Under the pieces are notes generated by a model. That model saw only the letters and a list, made by a program, of their open reading frames with translations. It did not search any database and was not told the origin of the DNA. This document shows, piece after piece, positions 13,008-25,244 of a stretch of 64,000 nt of DNA. Both the position numbers and the translations under genes were made by a program. Origin of the DNA: Felis catus (lineage: Eukaryota); assembly GCF_018350175.1 (NCBI RefSeq), contig NC_058368.1, forward strand, positions 205,532,001 to 205,596,000, written 5' to 3'. The number at the start of each line of letters is the position of its first letter. Positions within the stretch are counted from its first letter, which is position 1.

Positions 13008-16000
13008 AGCTTTTTCACCTGGTTTAAGAATTGAGACCAGTGGGAAGAAGAAAAGGCAAGTGGCAGTGACATTCAGGCTTTTATGATGTTTTGGCAAAAG
13101 CCCAAAGAGAGATCTGTCATAGGTTTCATTGTGCTTCCAAAGTACTGAATATTCTCTTACAAAGTTCAGCCTACATAGCCCATCTTTTCAGCAAGTTACT
13201 GGAAGCCCTGAAGCTTTAAGAGGGAGCAGGTATAATTCACTCTGCTTCTCTCCTGACTTATAAATGTGTGTGTTTCATTCTGTAGTCTTGAGATGTCTTG
13301 CTTCTCCCTTTGATCATGCCTTTATTTATCTCCCCAAAGTCTTGTAAGTCCCTTCACATACTTCTGCTCGCTGTGCTTCTCCTAGTGAGCTCACCGATGT
13401 TGGGAATGTGTAAGTACATATCTTGGGACTAGAAAGTAGCCTGTAGTGGTCCTTAGATACTCAGTCACATGGTATTTTACAGCTCTAGCTCTGTTGGAGT
13501 TCCTTCAGTTAGAATTATAATATTCAGACAGCAAGTCCTGAAGAACAGGGAGAGTGTTGCCATTTGAATGTGGTGCTTGTGTGGTGGTGTGTATTTTGGG
13601 TAGCATGAATGAAGGCTTAAAGACTTGGTCCTTTAAGGAACAACCAACTTCTAGAATTTGCTTTCTCTTGTACTTGGTCATTAGGGCTTTCCCCAAAGAA
13701 GTTTCCTAAAAGAAGAAATATGTTGCAGCCACATTTAAAATAAGCACTTAACAGAAAAGATGAGCAATAGCGTTTTATGTAAAGCAAAATCTTATTACAT
13801 GCACGCTCTGTTGCCTCAGGTGAATAAATGCTGACATCAAATGCAAAAATCATCATGTTGTGAAACAGCTTGTTATTTGGGATTAAGTTTATTGTGATAA
13901 CATGAAGCTTACTGTAGTGATAACCAGGGGGATTTATTATCACTTAACCAGACTCGTTACTGAAGAATTTAGGTCCAGGATTTTACACAAATATCAAAAG
14001 AATTAAAGAGAGATCACCACTAAGCAAGTAATACAAAGTACTATGGCCCTAAGTCACTTAAAAAGAAAAAGGTAAATTCCTCGGTGTTGCCATGAGGCCT
14101 GTAAGTGATCAAGGGGGGGGAAAGAGAAAAAATGGAGAGGCAGGTAGAGGAAGAGATTTAGCGATTCATCAAGGTTTTGATGAAGTCCACAAATAAGGAC
14201 CGAGTGAAATCAGGAGCCCTCGGGACTAGTCAAAGCATTTTTAATGCTGTACTTGGTATGTGTTCCTCTGCCTTTTCTGGCATTTCTTCTTGGGGAAGAA
14301 AGAAAGAAGCAGAATGGTAAGGATGAAGCAGACCTCACGGACCCTAAATATTTGTGTGTAGATTCTACCTCTCCTAGTTTATGACACTTTCAGAACATTT
14401 TGTGTGATTCCTACGGTACCCAGGTGAGGAAGACAAGGCAACCATACAGAAAACTACAGCGCAAAGAATTGAAGGCATCAAATGACCATTAAATGGCAGA
14501 TAATAAGATGAAAAAAATGGCTCTTTAGACTCTTCGTACAGTGTTCTTTGCTGCCACACACACTACACTGCCTCTCTTTTTTAGGATTTAATTTTAAATG
14601 CTGAAAACTCAGCAATTGTTCCTCCTTTGTGAATCGTTAATCTATGCAGCCGCCATGCCACATTGGAAGGCTCAGCCGGGCATGGTTAGAATAGAGCCCT
14701 GAAGTGGGAGTTAGTTATACGTTGGCTTCATAGCTAACCTATTGTTGAATACTGAAATTGTGACATTCTTTAATCTCTTGCCTCTCATTTTCTCTTTTTC
14801 CTTTATCTGTGTTATGTGCTAGAGCTAAATGTGAATGGAGTCATCTAGCTACATTGTTCTCACTGCAAGAATACACCCGGTGCCAGTTTCCTAGGCCAGC
14901 CGTATGGTGTGTCCCCAAAAACATCTTGTGGTTTCATTAGTTTTGTGGGTCTCAGCAATTGGGTTTAGGCCATTTTCTGCATAATCACATGTCTAACTTC
15001 TTATAGGAACATAAGAGCTAAAGAATTCCCTGGTAGACTGTGGAACTGTCAAATAGGTTTTGTGTAAACAAATGGTAGCTAACATTTATTGAGCACTTGC
15101 AAAGTGCTGGACACTTGGATCTCATTGAGCCGTTGCGGTAGCCCCATGGGGGGAGGGCTGCTGGGGAAGCCCAGGCCCAGGAACTTTGCACCGCCCGGGA
15201 GGAGCAGAGCCAGACTTTACCCTCAGGCCCTTTGGCTCCAGCCCACACTCTTATTAACCATACGCTATCCTGTTTATATAGCAGATAGTCCATGAAAGGT
15301 CTCTGTTAGTCCTGTCAGTTAAAATTCCTGATTCCTCCTAAAATGGAGTTCGTTGTTCATTAAAATCCAAGTAGTTTTGCTCACACCAGATGTGGATCTT
15401 GCTCAAATAATGAGAACAAAGTAGGAGCTCCCTGCAAAAGATGTTCTTCAGAGGCCCACAGATTGCTCCCTTTGTACCCAGGCAGGCCTGGAATTCACTG
15501 TGACATGCCTTATTTGAGTTATATTCAATGTAAGGAGACCTGACAACTGTACAAGCTTGAATATTCATCATTAATTTCAGCTCCTTAATTAAGCTTCTGT
15601 GACACGTGCAAACTTCCTTTGAAACTGGGAAGGAAAGTAGAGCATTAAAAATGAAGTGAAAATGAGGTTTTATTTCTACAATTATAAATTTTCTTATACA
15701 GTAAGATCCAGAAGCATATAACTTGTTATTAAAGGCGTAATGTGTATCCATTTTGTATGTATTTGGCAGTCATTTTGATTAAATTAAAATAGTAGGGTTT
15801 GTCTTTTTTTGAAATCCATCTGGGATTTCCAGTAGACCTTTCATTTTCCTCCCATTCATTTATTCAAAAAATAATACTTTTTGTGCCATGCACTGGGTGA
15901 AGTACACTAAAACCTTTTAATTACTGGTGCATTGGAGAGTTGAAAGTTTATTGTGAGGAACAAAATCTTTTTAATTAAACCTAGTTATCTGAAATTCCTT

Positions 16001-16121
16001 GCCCATGACTGTACAGTAGATCTGACAGAAATTGGAGAGAGATATAAGCCAGATAGCAGGTGCTTATTTTAGTGGTAAAACAGTAAGATGTCGAAAGATG
16101 ATTATGACATCATGTGTGGTG

Positions 16122-16323
16122 TTTTATTATTATTTTTATTTATTCATTCATTCATTCATTCATTCATTCATTCGTTTGTTTGTTTGTTTACTGTTGGTAA
16201 GAGCATGAGCCAGGGAGAAGGGCAGAGGGAGACAGAGAATCTTAAGCAGGGCTCCATGTCATGACTGTGAGATCACAACCCAAGCTGAAATCAAGAGTTG
16301 GATGCTTACCCAACTGAGCCACC
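16122..16323 (-). mobile_element. Internally deleted Can-SINE with (TTCA)n/(TTTG)n tail
   Basis: SINE body motifs; imperfect TSD catgt(g/a)tggtg. Confidence 0.8.
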
Positions 16324-16604
16324 ATGTATGGTGGCTTTAGACCCCAAAAAGAATCAGTAGAAGCATTTTTCCATTTTTTAGTAGAAGATCTAGAATATGA
16401 TGAAGTAGCTTTCATCCTCAAGGGAAATACTAAATTAGGCTCCTGTTGCTTGATACTTAGAAAGGAGCTTAATGATAATTATAATCAGATCATCAGAGCT
16501 AATGTTTCAATTGTGTTTCCGTACAGGTGCCCAGAGGCCATGTCTACATTGGGATGTAGGCTGGAGGAAGGGGTATAATGGGTGAAAACCTGCTTTCCAT
16601 TCTT

Positions 16605-17079
16605 TTTTTGAGTATAGTTGACACACAGTGTTATATTAGTTTCAGGTGTTTAGCATAGCGATTCAGCAGATTTGTACATGATGCTGTGATCCCCAGAGGG
16701 GTAGCTGCTATCTGACCCAATACATCACTGTTACAATATCATTGATGACATTCCTTGTGCCGTGTCTCTTATTCCCACGACTTACTCATTCCATAACTGG
16801 AAGCATCTATCTCCCTCTCTGTTTCACCAGCCTTGCCCAGCACACCACCCCCTCCCCTCTGGCAATCATCAGTTTTCTCTGTATTTATAGGTCTCGTTCT
16901 GTTTTCTGTTTGTTTATTTAGGTTTGTTTGTTTTTTGTATTCCACTTATGAGTAAAATGAGTAAAATATGCTGTTTGTCTTTCTCAGTCTGACTTATTTC
17001 ACTTAGCATAATACTCTCTAGGTCCATCTGTGTTGTCTGAAATGGCATGATCTCATTATTTTTATGGCTGCATAATATT

Positions 17080-17124
<45 letters not shown>

Positions 17125-17258
17125 CCACATCTTCCTTATCCATTCATCTATTGATGAACATTTAGGTTGCTTTCATATCTTGTAAATAAGGCTACAGTAA
17201 ACATAGGGGTTCATACATCTCTCTGAATTCATGGTTTTGTTTTCTTTGTATAAATACT
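16605..17258 (-). mobile_element. Carnivore-type L1 3' fragment with (GT)n
   Basis: L1 3' UTR; TSD ctgctttc(ca/tg)ttctt at 16590-16604 and 17259-17273. Confidence 0.85.
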
Positions 17259-18213
17259 CTGCTTTCTGTTCTTACTCCCTTTTTATTTTATGTTTGAAGA
17301 AAGGGTACAGTAGTTAAAAAATACAGATTTAGGACAGCTCATACATTTTACTTATGAGCAAACTGAGGCTCAGACAAACTCCAAGAACAGCAAACAGCGG
17401 TATGAGAAAGTAAATAAAACCATGATATACTATACTGCCTGGCTCAGCGATGAACAGTTTTACATGGTCATTGAGGCAGAATGGTGTAAATTCTAACCAT
17501 TGAGTTAACTACAGTTTGCAGCCTAGCTCTAATGAAGAAGTGCAGATGACAGTGGAGGACAGGGTTTTATAAGAGAGTTAAGTCTTCATGTACCACAATA
17601 AGAAGTTAGTACATAGTGTCTAAAATCAATTAATCAAGAAACAAATAGCATGGAACCCAGTTTGTAAAAAAGAAGAGGTAATAGGAAAATGTATAGATAC
17701 AAAAGAAAATGCTAGAAAAAAAAATTGATTCCTGTTGAGAGCAGGTCCAAAAGTAAGTAAAGGAGGCTAGGCATTGGTGTTTTCATGTATGTTTTACTTT
17801 TCTAACAAAATTAATTTTAAGAAGGGTATTACACATTCGCATCTCGTACATGCTTCTTATCCTTGGTGAATAATAGTTCGTGTTTGTCGAGGAGACCATT
17901 CCCTGAAAAGGAAAAGGAAGCAGGATACTAGAAGTAAAATTTCTCTTACGTTATATATAAGGACTGAAACTTGAGAGTTTAAATTTATGACAAGGTGTTT
18001 CCCAACTAAATCATTTCTGGCTTTTGCTATCCATTTGGTATTCTCCCTAAATTATGTTAGGAACAGAAGCTATCCCCAGAAAGAAAGCAAAAGCGTGACT
18101 GTGCAAAGATTTTGAAACAGCCTGTACTTAGGAGATGCTTTCTCTGATAGTTCCTGTGTGTCCTATCATTATTCCACTTCTAAGTAAGAATTGGTCCCTA
18201 ACTACTCTTTTGA

Positions 18214-18381
<168 letters not shown>

Positions 18382-19252
18382 TAGATTTTTTTTCATCACC
18401 CTCTAAAAGGGTATGTTGGTAGTCATAGGATTAAGTTAATCCGTGGGTAGACTGAATAGGAAAATTCGTCAATTTAATGTTTCTATATGTAGAATCCTTG
18501 ACATGCACCTCTCTGGTGTGTATACCATGCAGCATATACACAATTGCACTACTGTCCTTGGTAACTTTGACAGTATATATAATCAAAGAGAAGTTTTATT
18601 CATCCTTTTACTTGGACTATTAACATGTCTAAGATGGATGATGTATATAAAGTTTAGAATATATTAATCATTCCTACCTTTCTTTGCTTTCCCACTCACA
18701 AGTACAAATTGTTTGATTTCATTTTAGGAAACTCTGTCAAAATTGGGGTTTTCATCATTTGGGTTCAAAGGCCCACAGTGAGCCAAGAAATCTATTCTGT
18801 GGTTCTTGCATGCTTTCAGCTCTTCTATAAAAAGAACTTCAGAACACATGAGCCATTTTACTGCTTTTCTAGATTTTTTCTTCTTAGATGGAAAATGTTG
18901 GTAATGGTGTGACTGAAAGCTGCTCACATCTGAGAGAAGCCTCACTGGCAGTTGTCTACAGTCATCTTTCTGACCCAGACTTGAACCTAGAATGTTGGAA
19001 TGACATAATTCTCCTAAGTGAGCTAGGAGGGTGCCGTTTTCTTGATTCAGTGTCTTGATGAAACCAGAAAACAAAATTATCTGTATCAGGGTTGGTTCGT
19101 TTGGATGCTGTTCTTTTTGCAAGAGCCACAGGGACAGCATCTTGGCATTAGTCTGGTTTGCTGCCTCTCACTGAAGTGTGGTAAGAAGCACCCTAATGCA
19201 CCCCTTTGAAGTAGGTTCAGAGGTTCATAGTACTTGACAGATCCACATTTTA

Positions 19253-19480
19253 CTTTTTAAACATTTTTTAAAATGTTTATTTATTTGGAGAGAGAGAAAG
19301 AGAGCAAATGCATAAGCGGGGGAGGGGCAGAGAGAGATGTGGAGAGAGAGGGGATCCCAAGCAGGCTCCACGCTGTCAGTGCAGAGCCTGACACAGGGCT
19401 CAGTCTCATGAACCGTAAGATCATGACCTGAGCCGAAATCAAGAGTCAGATGTTTAACCAACTGAGCCACCTGGGGGCCC
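19253..19480 (-). mobile_element. Can-SINE
   Basis: TSD ccacatttta at 19243 and 19481. Confidence 0.9.
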
Positions 19481-21150
19481 CCACATTTTAAAGAGCATTG
19501 TGTTGTAAATGTTGCCTTTCCCTAGGACTGTTTATGTGGAGTTCCATAAAGATGACTTGTAGAGAATAGAAATTGGATAAAACTACAGAATATTTTATTT
19601 CACCATTCATTCCCTGAGTCTTACCGCTTCTTGAACCCCTACAAAATTGTGGTGACAGGACTTACTGAAAAGATTCTATTACTTTGAAAATAACGACAAA
19701 GCAGTCCTCAATCCTGTTTTCTTTAATGAAGTGGTAGACCTTCTAAGGATAATTCCACCAACATTTTCCCATTGATCTTCCTCTTCTCCTAAGTAAGCCC
19801 TCTCCCCCATCCCCACTACATGTGCTCTCTGGCCTAGTTCTTACCAGTTCACTGCTCTTAGCTGCAATACGTTCCACTCGACTCTGCCTCCCCAAATCCT
19901 ATCCATCCTTTAGGCCTCATGCAATTTTCCTCTTGATCACGAAGAGGTTTCTGGCCATCTTCGCACTCCTGCCTGTGCCTCATCCTCAGTCATGCACCAT
20001 TCATTTGGACACCTGTCATCTCATACCTACATTTCCTTATGATATAACAGACTATTATTTAACTTTACTGCCATTTATAAAAACTTGTATCTATCCTTTC
20101 TCCCTGTTCACATTGTTGTCTTATGCATTTATTCATTTAATAAGGATTTTGCGAGCATCTTGTCTGAACTAGAGTATTACCAGCAGTGTGCTACAGAAAA
20201 GAGATCAGTCTCCGCCCCCAGGGAGCACATTCAGGAGGGCTGGACAGCGTGCATCTGGCAGTACCCGAGGCTAGGGTAATAAATGTGAGAAGAGCCATGC
20301 CAGATGAGGAGTTAGGAACACAGGAGAGAAGAAGTCTGCCTAACAACCTGGGGAGAGTGTCAGGAGAGGTTCGAATGGTATCAGATACAGACTTGTAATG
20401 GGTTTTGCAAGGCATTTCACAGACTCTACCTTTTCTCCTCCAATCTCAGTTTCTCTCTTTCTGCTTTTAAATTCTCCCCACTTCATCTGTTAAAATGCTG
20501 TGAATGGTGTTGCCTTCCCTACCCTCCATGTTCCTCTGGGACTCTGCACATCTTGTTTCCCTCCCTAGAATGTTCTTCTCACCCTTCCCATCTAGCTAAT
20601 TCCTGCTCATTTTTTTTATGTCTCAACTATATGTTTCTTCCTTTGGCAAGTCTTTCCTTTCTCTCCACAAGCCTTCTGGGTGCTTCCCTGAATCCTAGTA
20701 CGTACCCTAATTCAGCACTCACCACTGTATTGAAAAAACCTCTCAGCTCTGCCTGTCTCACTCGTCAATGTTTATCCAGTACTTTGCATGATGTTTGCTC
20801 ATACGCAGCGAATGCTTGTTGAATAAATGTAGTACACTTCTCTTGATGGAGAAAATTGATAGATTCAGTGATGAGTCTTGAAAGGTAAGTAGGAGTTTTA
20901 CAAGTTAGAATAAGACCAAAGAGGCCCTTCTGGGCTAAGGAAAGGAAATAGGCAGAGTTGTGGAGCTATTAAGAATAAACAGCCAACCCAAGGACCTGCC
21001 AGCGGAGCAATGTAGAGTGAGGGCAGGACTGGACTATGAAGGTTACAGTTGAAAAGACAGTGAAGGGCTAAATTGTAAAGGAATGTGAACACCTTGTTAA
21101 GAAATTTGAGTTTTATCTGGAAGGCAGTTGGGAGCCCTTCAATGATTTTA

Positions 21151-22821
21151 TTTTTTATTTTTAGACTTTTTTTTAGTCTTATTTTTTTTAATTTACATCC
21201 AAATTAGTTAGCATATAGTGCAACAATGATTTCAGGAGTACATTCCTTAATTCCCCTTACCCATTTACCACATCCCCCTACCCACAACCCCTCCAGTAAC
21301 CCTCTGTTTGTTCTCCAAATTTAAGAGCCTCTTATGTTTTGTCCCCCTCCTGGTTTTTATATTATTTTTCTTTCCCTTCCCTTTATGTTCATCTGTTTTG
21401 TCTCTTAAAGTCCTCATATGAGTGAAGTCATATGATATTTGTCTTTCTCTGACTAATTTTGCTTAGCATAATACCCTCCAGTTCCATCCACATAGTTGCA
21501 AATGACAAGATTTCATTCTTTTTGATTGCCAAGTAATACTCCATTGTGTATATATACCACATCTTCTTTATCCATTCATCCATCGATGGCCATTTGGGCT
21601 CTTTCCAAACTTTGGCTATTGTTTGATAGTGCTGCTAGAAACATGGGGGTGCATGTACCCTTTCGAAACAGCACACCTGTATCCCTTGCATAAATACCTA
21701 GTAGTGCAATTGCTGGGTCACAGGGTAGTTCTATTTTTAATTTTTTGAGGAACCTCCATACTGTGTTCCAGAGTGGCTGCACCAGCTTGCATTGCCACCA
21801 ACAATGTAAAAGAGATCCTCTTTCTCTCCATCCTCGCCAACATCTGTTGTTGCCTGAGTTGGTAAGGTTAGCCATTCTGACAGGTATCTCATTGTAGTTT
21901 TGATTTGTATTTCCCTGATGATGAATGATGTTGTGCATTTTTTCATGTGTCAGTTGGCCATCTGGATGTCTTCTTTGGAGAGGTGTCTATTCATGTCTTT
22001 TGCCCATTTCTTCACTGGATTAGTTGTTTTTTGGATGTTGAGTTTGATAAGTTCTTTATAGATTTTGGATACTAACCCTTTATCAGATATGTCATTTGCA
22101 AATATCTTTTCCCATTCTGTCAGTTGCCTTTTAGTTTTGCTGATTGTTTCCTTCACTGTGCAGAAGATTTTTATTTTGATGAGGTCCCAGTAGTTCATTT
22201 TTGGTTTTGTTTCCCTTGCCTCCAGAGACATGTTGAGTAAGAAGTTGCTGAGGGCAAGATCAAAGAGGTTTTAGCCTGCTTTCTCCTCGAGGATTTTGAT
22301 GGCTTCCTGTCTTACATTGAGGTCTTTCATCCATTTTGAGTTTATTTTTGTGTATGGTGTAAGCAAGTGGTCCAGGTTCATTCTTCTGCATGTCACTGTC
22401 CAGTTTTCCCAGCCCCACTTGCTGAAGAGACTGTCTTTATTCCATTGGATATTCATTCTTGCTTCGTCAAAGATGAGTTGGCCATATGTTTGTGGGTCCA
22501 TGTCTGGGTTCTCTATTCTGTTCCATTGATCTGAGTGTCTGTTCTTGTGTTCAGTACCATACTGTCTTGATGATTATAGCTTTGTAATATAGCTTGAAGT
22601 CTGGGATTGTGATGCCTCCTGCTTTGGTTTTCTTTTTCAAGATTGCTTTGGCTATACGGGGTCTTTTTGGTCCCATAAAATTTTAGGATTGTTTGTTCTA
22701 GCTCTGTGAAGAATGCTGGTGTTATTTTGATAGGGATTGCGTTGACTATGTAGATTGCTTTGGGTAGTGTCGACATTTTAACAATATTTGTTCTTCCTAT
22801 CCAGGAACATGGAATCTTTGT

Positions 22822-22867
<46 letters not shown>

Positions 22868-25244
22868 GTCTTCTTCAATTTCTTTCATAAGCTGTCTGTA
22901 GTTTTCAGTGTATAGATTTTTAACCTCTTTGGTTAGATTTATTCCTAGGTATTTTATGGTTTTTGGTGCAACTGTAAATGGGATCGAGTCCTTGATTTCT
23001 CTTTCTGTTGCTTCATTGTTGGTGTATAGGAATGCCACCAATTTCTGTGCATTGATTTTATATCCTGCAACTTTGCTGAATTCATGAATCAGTTCTAGCA
23101 GTTTTTTGGTGGAATCTTTTGGGTTTTCCATATAGAGTATCATGTCACCTTTGAAGAGTGCAAGTTTGACCTCCTCCTGGCCGATTTGGTTGCCTTTTAT
23201 TTCTTTGTGTTGTCTGATTGCAGAGAGTAAGACTTCCAATATTAAGTTGAATAACAGTGGCGAGAGTGGACATCCCTGTCTTGTTCCTGACCTTAGGGGG
23301 AAAGCTCTCAGTTTTTCCCCATTGAGGATGATATTAACATTGGGTCGTTCATATATGGCTTTTATAATCTCGAGGTATGAACCTTCTATTCCCTACTTTC
23401 TTGAGGGCTTTTATCAAGAAAAGATGCTGTATTTTGTCAAATGCTTTCTCTGCATCTATTGAGAGGATCATATGGTTCTTGTCTTTTCTTTTATTGATGT
23501 GATGAATCACATTAATTGTTTTGTGGATATTGAACCAGCCCTGCATCCCAGGTATAAATCCCACTTGGTCGTGGTGAATGATTTTTTTAATGTATTGTTG
23601 GAGCCGGTTGGCTAATATCTTGTTGAGGATTTTTGCATCCATGTTCATCAGAGAAATTGGTCTATAGTTCTCCTTTTTAGTGGAGTCTCTGGTTTTCGAA
23701 TCAAGGTAATGCTGGCCTCATAGGAAGAGTTTGGAAGTTTTCCTTCCATTTCTGTTTTTTGGAACAGCTTCAAGAAGATAGGTGTTAACTCTTCCTTAAA
23801 TGTTTAGTAGAATTCCCCTGGAAGGCCAACTTGTTTGGGGGAGATTTTTGATTACTAATTCGATTTCTTGACTGTCATGGGTCTGTTCAAATTTTCTGTT
23901 TCTTCCTGTTTCAGTTTTGGTAGTGTATACGTTTCTAGGAATTTGTCCATTTCTTTCAGATTGCCCATTTTATTGGCGTATAATTGCTCATAATATTCTC
24001 TTATTATTGTTTGTATTTCTGCTGTATTGGTTGTGATCTCTCCTCTTTCATTCTTGATTTTATTTATTTAGATCCTTTCCTTTTTCTTTTTCATCAAACT
24101 GGCTAGTGGTTTATCAATTTTGTTAATTCTTTCAAAGAACCAGTTTCTGGTTTCATTGATCTATTCTGCTGTGTTTTTTTGGTTTCGATAGCATTAATTT
24201 CTTCTCTAATCTTTATTATCTCCTGTCTTCTGCTGGTTTTGGGTTTTGATGTTCTTTTCCAGCTCCTTAAGGTGTAAGGTTAGGTTGTGTATCTGAGATC
24301 TTTTCTTCCTTCTTTAGGAAGGCCTGGATTGCCATATACTTTCCTCTTATGACTGCCTTTGCTGCGTCCCAGAGGTTTTGGATTGTGGTGTTATCATTTT
24401 CATTGGCTTCCGTATACTTTTTAATTTCTTCTTTAACTTCTTGGTTGGCCCATTCATTCCTTAGTAGGATGTTCTTTACTCTCCAAGTATGTGTTACCTT
24501 TCCAAATTTTTTCTTGTGGTTGATTTCAGGTTTCATAGCATTGTGGTCTGAAAATATGCATGGTATGATCTCGATCTTTTTGTACTTGCTGAGGGCTGAT
24601 TTGTGTCCCAGTATGTGGTCTATTCTGGAGAATGTTCGATGTGCACTGGAGTAGAATGTATATTCTGCTGCTTTAGGATGAAATGTTCCGAATATATCTG
24701 TTAAATCCATCTGGTCCAGTGTGTCATTCAAAGCCATTGTTTCCTTGTTGATTTTTTTATTAGATCATCTGTCCATTGCTGTGAGTGGGGAGTTGAAGTC
24801 TCCTACTATTATAGTATTACTATCAATGAGTTTCTTTATGTTTGTGATTAATTGATTTCTATATTTGGGTGCTCTCACATTTGGTGCATAAATGTTTACA
24901 ATTATTAGTTCTTCTTGGTGGATAGACCCGTTAATTATGATATAATGCCCTGCTTCATCTCTTGATACAGTCTTTATTTTAAAGTCTAGATTGTCTGATA
25001 TAAGTATGGCTACTCTGGCTTTCTTTTGTTGACCATTAGCATGATAGACGGTTCTCCATCCCCTTACTTTCAATCTGAAGGTGTCTTTAGGTCTAAAGTG
25101 GGTCTCTTGTAAACAGCATATAGATGGATCTTGTTTTCTTATCCATTCTGTTACCCTATGTCTTTTGATTGGAGCATTGAGTCCATTGACGTTTAGAGTG
25201 AGTACTGAAAGATATGAATTTATTGCCATTATGTTGCTTGTAGA
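21151..25244 (-). mobile_element. ~4.1-kb 5'-truncated L1 spanning ORF2 (disrupted) and the 3' UTR, inserted in an L2-like fossil
   Basis: 18-bp perfect TSD agcccttcaatgatttta at 21133-21150 and 25245-25262; ORF2 fragments across the element. Confidence 0.96.
21450..25229 (-). pseudogene. L1 ORF2 (APE endonuclease + reverse transcriptase), frameshifted and nonsense-disrupted
   Basis: MAINSYLSVLTLNVNGLNAPIKR start; GDFN and SDHN endonuclease motifs; [15 protein letters not shown] motif reads FKGD; split over several ORFs; lower boundary approximate. Confidence 0.93.

Noticed and set aside
15338..15751. 137-138 aa antisense ORFs (also 18724-19140 and 36555-36971)
   Set aside because: No recognisable domain or coding-like composition; the lengths are compatible with chance in 64 kb.
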